From: an uncultured Methylomirabilota bacterium
GTDB taxonomy: Bacteria; Methylomirabilota; Methylomirabilia; Methylomirabilales; 2-02-FULL-66-22
Length of the DNA: 64,000 nt
Assembly: GCA_963705305.1 (NCBI GenBank)
Contig: OY970067.1
Coordinates: 3,872,001 to 3,936,000 of the forward strand
Direction: 5' to 3'
This document shows, one piece after another, positions 1 to 7,236 of the stretch. Within the stretch, counting starts at the first letter, position 1, and every line of letters starts with the position of its first letter. Below the pieces are notes generated by a model that made no database searches, was not told where the DNA came from, and saw nothing but the letters and a program-made list of their open reading frames with translations. A program made the position numbers and the translations under genes.

Positions 1-423
1 TATGCGACCCGGGCGCTGTAGGAACTGATCCTTCATTACGAGGAGGGGCCTATCCCGGTGGATGCCATTGCCGCTCGGCAGGGATTGCCTGTCCGCTATC
101 TGGAGCAGTTGCTGCTGGCCCTGAAGCGCGCCGGTTTCCTCGGCAGCAAGCGGGGGGTGAATGGCGGCTACTACTTGGCCAAGCCGCCGCGCGAAATCAC
201 GCTCGGCCAAATCCTGCGTGCAGTAGATGGTCCCGTCACTCCGATTTTCTGTGCGGCGGAGGGTCCCCGAGAGCAGTGTCCCCGCGAGGCAGACTGTGTC
301 CTGCGCGATGTGTGGGCGGAGGTGCGGGATGCGGTGTCGGCCATCGTGGACCGGACGACGCTGGCGGATATCGGCGAGCGGATCAAAGCCAAGCGGCAGG
401 ACCGGATCACGTATCAGATCTGA
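1..423 (+). CDS. Rrf2-family (IscR/CymR-like) transcriptional regulator, 5'-partial, with an in-frame TAG at 19-21
   Basis: Frame 1 reads YATRAL*ELILHYEEGPIPVDAIAARQGLPVRYLEQLLLALKRAGFLGSKRGVNGGYYLA (Rrf2 winged HTH). The C-terminal C-x8-C-x5-C is a possible Fe-S ligand set. Confidence 0.9.
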
Positions 424-614
424 GACTGCTCCAAGGGCGCACGCAGCATCCGGTACCAGCGGAGAGCCATGGGGGTGCGGCCGCGCAGGTGTGATGCCTG
501 CGTCCAAGAGGCGTCACCGGGATCTCCGGCGCGGAGACTGTTCCGATCGTTCGCCGCTCTTCCCGCAGAGGCCGATGTCGCGTCAAATTCGGAGAGGCCA
601 ACAGGAGGATGCCC

Positions 615-1724
615 ATGGGCGTCACGGTCTACATTCCCACTCCGTACCGCCAATTCACGAACAATCAGGGGCGGGTGGAGGTCGAGGGGAATGATGTCTT
701 GGCACTGATCCGGGAACTGGAGCGGCGCTACCCCGGGCTGCGCGAGCGGATCCTGGCGCCGGATGGCAGCCTGTTTCGCCACTTGAACGTGTACGTGAAC
801 GACCGCGCCGTGGAGGAGCTGCAAGGCGTGCAGACTCCGCTCCGGGACGGCGACCGGGTGGCGGTCATTCCCGCCATGGCGGGCGGCACGGACAAGGCCG
901 GGGGAGGACTGGCCTTCACCGAGGACCAGATCCGGCGCTACAGCCGCCACATCATCCTGCCCGATGTCGGCGGCAAGGGGCAGCGCCGCCTACTCAACAG
1001 CAAGGTGCTGCTGATCGGGGCCGGAGGGTTGGGTTCGCCGGCGGCGCTCTACCTGGCGGCGGCGGGAGTCGGGACGCTGGGGATCGTGGACTTCGACGCG
1101 GTGGACCTGAGCAACTTGCAGCGTCAGATCCTACACCACATGCACGATATCGGACGGCCCAAGGTGCAGTCGGCCGCGGAAAGCATCGCCGATCTCAATC
1201 CGGATGTGAAGGTCATCCCCTATGAGACGGCGTTGTCCTCCGAGAACGTCCGCCGGATTTTTGCCGACTACGATGTCATCGTGAACGGATCGGATAACTT
1301 CCCCACGCGATACCTGGCCAATGACGCCTGCGTGCTTCTGGGGAAGCCGATGGTGGATGGAAGCATTTTCAAGTTCGAGGGACAGGTCACCGTCTTCGTG
1401 CCGGGACAGGGCTGCTACCGCTGCCTCTACCCGGCCCCGCCGCCTCCCGGCGTGGTCCCGAGCTGTCAGGAGGCCGGGGTCCTGGGGGTGGTCTGCGGCG
1501 TAGTGGCCTCGATTCAAGGGGTGGAGACCATCAAGCTGCTCCTGGGGTTGGGCGACCCCCTGGTCGGACGCCTGCTGTTCTTCGACGCCCTGGCGATGGA
1601 GTTCCGGCAGGTCAAGTTTCGGAGGGACCCGAGCTGCCCCGTGTGCGGGGACAACCCGACGGTCACCGAGCTTATCGACTATCACGAGTTCTGCGGGATG
1701 CCGCCCACGGCGCGCGTGAGCTAG
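615..1724 (+). CDS. moeB: Fusion of a MoaD/ThiS-like ubiquitin-fold domain and a ThiF/MoeB (E1-like) adenylyltransferase
   Basis: N-terminal beta-grasp domain ends VAVIPAMAGG (GG at 882-887). It is followed by RYSRHIIL, GAGGLG, DLSNLQRQ, CYRC, SCQEAGVLG and CPVC. RBS AGGAGG at 603-608. No rhodanese domain. Confidence 0.92.
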   Translation: MGVTVYIPTPYRQFTNNQGRVEVEGNDVLALIRELERRYPGLRERILAPDGSLFRHLNVYVNDRAVEELQGVQTPLRDGDRVAVIPAMAGGTDKAGGGLAFTEDQIRRYSRHIILPDVGGKGQRRLLNSKVLLIGAGGLGSPAALYLAAAGVGTLGIVDFDAVDLSNLQRQILHHMHDIGRPKVQSAAESIADLNPDVKVIPYETALSSENVRRIFADYDVIVNGSDNFPTRYLANDACVLLGKPMVDGSIFKFEGQVTVFVPGQGCYRCLYPAPPPPGVVPSCQEAGVLGVVCGVVASIQGVETIKLLLGLGDPLVGRLLFFDALAMEFRQVKFRRDPSCPVCGDNPTVTELIDYHEFCGMPPTARVS

Positions 1725-1803
1725 GCGTGGGGTGCCGGGGCAGACTGGCGGTGAGCCGCGTCCCCGTGCGTCCGGGGGGGGCGAGGCCGGAAGCGGAGCC
1801 TTG

Positions 1804-2304
1804 ATGCGGGATGGCACTGCCGGCGGGACATTCCTGGATCTTCCGGAAACGCAGATGCGAGAGATCGTCCGCCAGGCAGAGGCGGGGTATCCGGAGGAAA
1901 TATGCGGGGTCGTCGTGGGACGGCCTGGCGCGCCCGAGACCTACCAGGTCCGCCAGATCCGGAATATTGCCAACGCCGACCCGCAACGGGATCCCAAGGG
2001 GGTGCCCCGGGACGCGCGCACGGCCTATCGCATGGATGACCTGGAGCTCCTACGCGTCCTGCGGGAGGCTGAGAGCCTGAGACACGAGGTGGTGGCCTTC
2101 TACCATTCCCACCCGGACCATGATGCCTGCTTCTCCGCCATGGACCGTGATCGGGCACTTCTCTCCGGCGAGCCGCTCTGGCCCGGAGCCAGTTATCTGA
2201 TCGTGTCGGTGCGCTCCGGCCGGGCCCGCGACGCGCGAGCGTACTTCTGGAACGGCGCGGCCCGGGGTTTTGTCGAGTGCCCGGCTGTGCTCCCTCCCTC
2301 CTGA
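1804..2304 (+). CDS. JAB/Mov34 (JAMM, M67) metallopeptidase, Mec/HcyD-like
   Basis: YPEEICG plus the HSHPDHDACFSAMD JAMM motif. Start codon uncertain. Confidence 0.9.
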   Translation: MRDGTAGGTFLDLPETQMREIVRQAEAGYPEEICGVVVGRPGAPETYQVRQIRNIANADPQRDPKGVPRDARTAYRMDDLELLRVLREAESLRHEVVAFYHSHPDHDACFSAMDRDRALLSGEPLWPGASYLIVSVRSGRARDARAYFWNGAARGFVECPAVLPPS

Positions 2305-2419
2305 ACCAGCTCGCCGCGAGCGCCTGGGGCGGGAAAAGAGGCTTTGCACCGCGATACTTTTGCGTTATGGTTTCCGCAGGATCGGCGAGGGGTGTTTCGT
2401 CGCGTCCGAGGAGGGGGAG

Positions 2420-2920
2420 GTGAAGACGCAGGAGGCGCTGAGTCTGCTCATTGCGCTCGAGGAGCGCGTCGCACGAATCTATTTCCAGTTCTTCCGGCGG
2501 TTTCGCGACGACCGGGCGGTGGCGTGTTGCTGGTGGGACATGGCCGGCGACGAGTACGGCCACGCGGGCATCCTCAAGATGGTGCGGGATCTGGTCTCGC
2601 CCCAGGCGGAATCTCGCGAGATAGGCGCTCGTCTCTGGTCGCTGGTCGAGGTGGTCGAGCGCTGCGAGCAACAGGCTGCCGACGCCGACACCTTGCCCCG
2701 GGCTCTGGAGCTGGCCGTCAAGCTTGAATCGTCGGAGCTGGACGTTCTGGGGCATCGGATCGTTCAGTCCATGCGTGCGCAGTTGCCGGAGGGGGCCGCG
2801 CGCCCCTTCATCGACGAGGATGGTCACTGCCGACGATTGGTGGAGGCGGCGGGAGAGCTGCAGGATGCCAGGCTGCGGCAACGCCTGGAGGCGCTGCTCT
2901 CCAGCGCCAGGGGCCGCTGA
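2420..2920 (+). CDS. Ferritin-like / rubrerythrin-type four-helix diiron protein
   Basis: E...ExxH occurs twice (ALEE...DEYGH; KLE...DEDGH). GTG start preceded by a G/A-rich RBS. Confidence 0.65.
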   Translation: MKTQEALSLLIALEERVARIYFQFFRRFRDDRAVACCWWDMAGDEYGHAGILKMVRDLVSPQAESREIGARLWSLVEVVERCEQQAADADTLPRALELAVKLESSELDVLGHRIVQSMRAQLPEGAARPFIDEDGHCRRLVEAAGELQDARLRQRLEALLSSARGR

Positions 2921-2932
2921 CCGGGGTGAAAC

Positions 2933-3175
2933 ATGGCGAAGCGACGCGTGCACTTGACCTTTCAGGGGCAACTGGCGGACGAGCCGGCGATCTGGAACAT
3001 GAGCCGGGAGTTCGATCTGGTGTTCAATATTCGCCAGGCGGATCTGGTGGACGGGTTCGGCTGGATCATGCTGGAGCTGGAGGGGGATTCCCAACGGCTG
3101 GCCGACGCAATGCGATGGCTGGAGGATCGTGGCGTTATCGTTGCCCCCATCGAGCAGGACATCGTGACAGGCTAG
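2933..3175 (+). CDS. Stand-alone NIL-domain protein
   Basis: RVHLTF...EPAIW...LVFNIRQA...GWIMLELEG...WL...GVIV matches the NIL (ACT-like) pattern. Confidence 0.85.
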   Translation: MAKRRVHLTFQGQLADEPAIWNMSREFDLVFNIRQADLVDGFGWIMLELEGDSQRLADAMRWLEDRGVIVAPIEQDIVTG

Positions 3176-3229
3176 ATCGCCCCCCGTGCCGCCTGAGAAA
3201 TATGCCTGGTTTGTGAGTCGGATTTTTGC

Positions 3230-3258
3230 TTGACATGTTTCTGTTGGGCTGGTTAAAT
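3230..3258 (+). promoter_or_regulatory. Sigma70-type promoter upstream of the SAM riboswitch
   Basis: TTGACA at 3230-3235, 17-nt spacer, TTAAAT. Confidence 0.6.
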
Positions 3259-3271
3259 CCGCCAGCATCGC

Positions 3272-3400
3272 TGACTCATCCAGAGTGGCAGAGGGACTGG
3301 CCCTGAGAAGCCACGGCAACCCCGGTTGAAACGTCGGACGAGGGGTGCCAACTCCAGCCTCTACCCTGGTGGTCGAACGGGGGAGGGGAGAGATGAGAAG
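3272..3400 (+). ncRNA. SAM-I (S-box) riboswitch
   Basis: CTCATCCAGAG-TGGCAGAGGGACTGGCCCTGAGAAGCCACGGCAACC...GGTGCCAACTCC...AGATGAG. P1 (CTCATC/GATGAG) and the canonical core are present. Confidence 0.95.
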
Positions 3401-3421
3401 GCGGCTGACGATCGGTTTCGT

Positions 3422-3460
3422 GAGCCCCTTCTCGGAGTGAGAGGGGGCTTTTTCTTTTGT
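3422..3460 (+). terminator. Intrinsic terminator (riboswitch expression platform)
   Basis: AGCCCCTTCTC-GGAGT-GAGAGGGGGCT followed by TTTTCTTTT. Confidence 0.85.
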
Positions 3461-3475
3461 CTGCGGAGGCGGACC

Positions 3476-3703
3476 GTGGCGACATTGCGCGTGAGGCTCA
3501 TCTTCCCGCCCGATCTTGTCCGCGAGCCGGTGATCTACAACGTGGCCAAAACCTACGGCCTCGTTCCAAACATTCGCCGGGCGCGGGTGACGGAATCGGC
3601 GGGAGAGACGACACTGGACTTCACGGGGACAGAGGACGATCTGAAGCGGGGGCTCGAGCATCTGACCGGGCTGGGAGTCCGCGTGAAGCCGGTCAAGGAG
3701 TAA
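3476..3703 (+). CDS. Second stand-alone NIL-domain protein
   Basis: LRVRLIFPPDLVREPVIYNVAKTYGLVPNIRRARV...LDFTG...GVRV. GGAGG RBS, GTG start. Confidence 0.85.
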   Translation: MATLRVRLIFPPDLVREPVIYNVAKTYGLVPNIRRARVTESAGETTLDFTGTEDDLKRGLEHLTGLGVRVKPVKE

Positions 3704-3730
3704 CGGGACACCCGGGAAGGTGGGGGTTCG

Positions 3731-5002
3731 ATGGGACACGTGAAAGGCCTGAAGTGTCGTGAGTGTGCGCGGCCGTATCCCGCCCAGCCACGGCACGTCT
3801 GCGAGTTCTGTTTCGGCCCGCTGGAGGTGGATTACGATTATCAGGCCATTCGCCAGCAGCTGACGAAGCAATCCATCCAGGAGGGGCCGCCCACCATGTG
3901 GCGCTACCGCGCGCTGCTGCCGATTGACGGCGAGCCGGCGGTGGGCCGCCATTGCGGTTTTACCCCGCTGGTGCGGGCGCGCAACCTCGGGAAGGCCCTG
4001 GGGCTCCTCAATCTGTACGTGAAGAACGACACGGTGAACCACCCCACGCTGTCCTTCAAGGACCGGGTCGTCGCCGTGGCGGTGAACAAGGCGATGGAGT
4101 TCGGGTTCCCTGTGGTCGCCTGCGCCTCCACCGGGAACTTGGCAAACTCGGTGGCGGCGCATGCGGCGGAGGGGGGACTGACCAGCTTCGTCTTCATCCC
4201 CTCCGACCTGGAGCAGGGGAAGGTGGTGGGAACCGCCATCTATGCTCCCAACGTCATCGCGGTGGATGGGACCTATGACGAGGTGAACCGCCTGTGCAGC
4301 GAAGTGGCGGACAAGTACGGCTGGGCCTTCGCCAACATCAACCTGCGGCCCTACTACGCCGAAGGCTCCAAGACCTTCGGCTACGAGATCGCCGAGCAGC
4401 TGGGCTGGCGGGCGCCGGATCACATCATCGTCCCGGCCGCCGGGGGATCGCTGATCACCAAGGTCTGGAAGGGCCTGCAGGAGTTCTGTTCGATGGGACT
4501 CATCCCGGAGGTGCCTACGCGGATGCACGTCGCGCAGGCGGCCGGCTGCGGCCCGATCGTGACCGCGGTCAAGGCGGGGAGCGAGGTGATCCGCCCGGTC
4601 AAGCAGCCGCGGACTATCGCAAAGTCGCTGGCCATCGGGAATCCGGCCGACGGCTACTACGCCTTTAAGGTCGTGAAGGGGAGCGGCGGATCAGGCGAGC
4701 ATGCCAGCGACGAGGAGATCATCGACGCGATGAAGCTGCTGGCATCCACCGAGGGCATCTTCGCCGAGACGGCGGGGGGCGTCACCGTGGCCGCGACCAG
4801 GAAATTGGTCCAGCAGGGGCTCATCGGGCGGCACGAGGTGACCGTGATCTCGCTGACGGGAAACGGGCTGAAGACCCAGGAGGCGGTCGCGGGCACTCTG
4901 CGCACCGCCGCGCACATCAAACCGACGTTGAAATCGTTCGACGAGGCGCTGAGCCAGGCCCCGCCAGCAGTCGAGGCGAGCCGGAGAGCCGACGCGGCCT
5001 GA
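3731..5002 (+). CDS. Threonine synthase-like fold-type II PLP enzyme, probable O-phosphohomoserine sulfhydrylase
   Basis: N-terminal CxxC...CxxC, PTLSFKDR PLP lysine, CASTGNLANS, EGSKT, TGNGLK. Lies under a SAM riboswitch next to a sulfur carrier. Confidence 0.88.
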   Translation: MGHVKGLKCRECARPYPAQPRHVCEFCFGPLEVDYDYQAIRQQLTKQSIQEGPPTMWRYRALLPIDGEPAVGRHCGFTPLVRARNLGKALGLLNLYVKNDTVNHPTLSFKDRVVAVAVNKAMEFGFPVVACASTGNLANSVAAHAAEGGLTSFVFIPSDLEQGKVVGTAIYAPNVIAVDGTYDEVNRLCSEVADKYGWAFANINLRPYYAEGSKTFGYEIAEQLGWRAPDHIIVPAAGGSLITKVWKGLQEFCSMGLIPEVPTRMHVAQAAGCGPIVTAVKAGSEVIRPVKQPRTIAKSLAIGNPADGYYAFKVVKGSGGSGEHASDEEIIDAMKLLASTEGIFAETAGGVTVAATRKLVQQGLIGRHEVTVISLTGNGLKTQEAVAGTLRTAAHIKPTLKSFDEALSQAPPAVEASRRADAA

Positions 5003-5031
5003 CATCATCGCATTCGAGGGGGGCAACGACG

Positions 5032-5310
5032 ATGAGCGTGCTCGTACGCATTCCCACACCGCTGCGCCCGCTCACCAAAGGGCAGGGCGAGCTCAATACG
5101 GATGCGGCAAGCGTGAAGGAATTGATCGACAGGCTGGAGCGAGACTACGCAGGGATCAGGACGCGCATCTGTGAAGACGACGGCAACGTCCGCCGCTTCA
5201 TCAACATCTATGTCAACGAAGAGGACATCCGGTTCCTGCAGGGGACCGAGACGGCTTTGAAGGCCGGGGACGAAGTATCCATCGTGCCGGCCATCGCCGG
5301 CGGGCGCTGA
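5032..5310 (+). CDS. MoaD/CysO-like ubiquitin-fold sulfur carrier with a blocked C-terminus (GG-R)
   Basis: VRIPTPLR...RRFINIYVNEEDIRFL...VSIVPAIAGGR*. Confidence 0.92.
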   Translation: MSVLVRIPTPLRPLTKGQGELNTDAASVKELIDRLERDYAGIRTRICEDDGNVRRFINIYVNEEDIRFLQGTETALKAGDEVSIVPAIAGGR

Positions 5311-5548
5311 TGCCGTACCGGCCGAGCATCCGCTGACGCGTCGGCAGGACCGGCTCCGAAAGCGAGACTTCCGGCCCCCTGGTGTCGCGTTGCGGTTTTT
5401 CCCACCACGGGCCAGCATTCGGGTCTTGCCGCGGGCTGCCGGAGATGGTGCCGCATGGCCGCCGGAGAGTCGTCCGTCTGGCAGGCCTGGCTCTCTCGGA
5501 TGAGCGGTCGCCTCCATACTGACAATCCAATCAATTCAGCGTCTTTGC

Positions 5549-5598
5549 TTGACAGTGTAGCTGGGTTTTGAAAACATCTGACATCAGATGTCAGATGT
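5549..5598 (+). promoter_or_regulatory. Promoter -35 and a perfect palindromic operator, probably for the adjacent GntR/FadR
   Basis: TTGACA at 5549-5554. ACATCTGACATC-A-GATGTCAGATGT at 5574-5598 (12-bp perfect inverted repeat). Confidence 0.75.
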
Positions 5599-5659
5599 AT
5601 CTCCGTGGATCCGCTCTATCGGCGAAAGAATCAATAGAATTGAATAGGTAGGGACGCCG

Positions 5660-6508
5660 ATGCCCTCAGGGGTGGTTCGGAATGCTCGGGATGTTTTTGG
5701 CTCCTTGAACGCCCCCGTGGGACAGAGCTCCGTCGTCTCTCAAGTGATCGAACGGATCAAGGACGCGCTGATCCGAAAAGATCTGAAGCCGGGCGACTAT
5801 CTCCCTTCGGAGGCAGACCTCAGCCGAAACCTCGGTGTCAGCAAGTCGACGATTCGCGAGGCCGTCAAGATGCTCCAGGCCCTGGGGGTGGTCGAGGTCC
5901 GCAGGGGACAGGGGACGCTCGTTCGGAAGCATCCCAAGGCCGACTACATCAGCCCCCTGGTCTTTCATCTCATCATGGAGAGCGGCTACCCGGACGACCT
6001 GGTCGAGCTGCGATTGATGTTTGAGCCCGCGTTCTCGGTCATGGCGATGCAGCGGGCCACGCCGCAGGATCTGGAGCGCATCCGGCAAGCGATGGAGCGT
6101 CTGGAATCCTCCGTCCAGGCGGCGAGCCACATCGCCGACGAGGACATTGCCTTCCACCTGGCGATTCTGCACGCCACGAAGAACCCGCTGGTCATCCGAA
6201 TCGGCGAGACCCTGTTTCAACTCTTCAAGCCCTCCATCAGCGTCTCCATGAAGAACATTCCGGAGCGCGCCATCCAGGATCATCGAAGGATCTTCGAGGC
6301 CTTCTGCTCGGGGGACGCCGTCCTGCTCCGCGAAGCGGTTCTGAACAGCTACGAAGGCTGGAAGGAGAGCCTGTATGGCAGGCCGGGGAGGCCGGAGCAC
6401 CGGTCCGGCGGCGAGCGTGAGGGCCGGAGTCCGTCGGAGGGCGCGGGGTCGGATCGGGTGGGTCTTGGGATGCAGCGCGCGGGGCGGACGGGGCGCATGC
6501 GCCGATGA
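5660..6508 (+). CDS. FadR/GntR family transcriptional regulator
   Basis: LKPGDYLPSEADLSRNLGVSKSTIREAVKML...RRGQGT HTH. FCD domain with DIAFH...I...N...H. Confidence 0.93.
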   Translation: MPSGVVRNARDVFGSLNAPVGQSSVVSQVIERIKDALIRKDLKPGDYLPSEADLSRNLGVSKSTIREAVKMLQALGVVEVRRGQGTLVRKHPKADYISPLVFHLIMESGYPDDLVELRLMFEPAFSVMAMQRATPQDLERIRQAMERLESSVQAASHIADEDIAFHLAILHATKNPLVIRIGETLFQLFKPSISVSMKNIPERAIQDHRRIFEAFCSGDAVLLREAVLNSYEGWKESLYGRPGRPEHRSGGEREGRSPSEGAGSDRVGLGMQRAGRTGRMRR

Positions 6509-6729
6509 CGGCCCTGCTGTGGGACGGAGGCCGGACCGTTCTGCCCATGCAGGGGTGGGATGTCGCGGGGGCGGGGCCCGGTCCCTCTCGATTCTTGCGC
6601 CTGACCGGGCGGCCTCGGACCTCCGAGACGGTTCGGGTGATCGGGACCGTGCGCGCCCGATCGAATTCGGCCGCGACGGCGCATTGCTGCGCCGGCGGAG
6701 AGTAACCATCACGCAGAGGAGGGACAAGC

Positions 6730-7236
6730 GTGACCTCGGCCTTGTGCTTTCTGAGCGATTGGACCGACCGGCTGACGCGTTGGCTGCTGGTGCCGATCGG
6801 CGTGCTGTTCGTGGCCGTGGTGTTCCTGGCGGTGCTCACGCGCTATGTCTTCCGGGCGCCCATCATCACCTCCATCGAGCTGGCCCGCATCGGGTTTGCC
6901 TGGTGTGCGTTTCTTGGGGCGGTGATGTGTTTGAAGCGGGAGAAGCACACCCAGTTCCTGTTCCTGCTGGACCGATTCCGCGGGAGAGCCAGGCACTGCC
7001 TCGACACCGGCATCGCAGCGCTGTCGCTGGGCTTCTTTGCCGTGGTGACCTTCAAGGGCGTGCAGATGGTCCAGGCGGTGCAGGATACGTACTTCCCCGC
7101 GCTGGGCTGGTCCCAGGTCTGGCTGTACCTTCCAGTCCCCGTCTGCTGCGCATGCATGTTCGTCCATACGACGGCCCAGTTGGCGCGGGACGTCCAGGCG
7201 CTGCTCCGGCCCGCTGAGCAGGGGGGCCGGTCATGA
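6730..7236 (+). CDS. dctQ: TRAP transporter small permease (DctQ)
   Basis: About 4 TM segments, V.TRYVF...ELAR...W..FLGA...H motif. Overlaps the dctM start. Confidence 0.88.
   Translation: MTSALCFLSDWTDRLTRWLLVPIGVLFVAVVFLAVLTRYVFRAPIITSIELARIGFAWCAFLGAVMCLKREKHTQFLFLLDRFRGRARHCLDTGIAALSLGFFAVVTFKGVQMVQAVQDTYFPALGWSQVWLYLPVPVCCACMFVHTTAQLARDVQALLRPAEQGGRS

Noticed and set aside
19..21. Pyrrolysine or amber recoding
   Set aside because: No pyl genes are in the window, and TAG is used as a normal stop elsewhere (e.g. 1724, 3175, 8516).
615..2304. Anti-phage ubiquitin-like system (CBASS Cap2/Cap3, Bil)
   Set aside because: No E2 domain, CD-NTase or effector. The SAM riboswitch, NIL proteins and PLP enzyme indicate sulfur metabolism.
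1721..4528. 935-aa minus-strand ORF (also 14905-17625 +, 30849-33473 -, 59290-62124 - and similar)
   Set aside because: Antisense shadows of well-supported genes in high-GC DNA, with no recognisable motifs.
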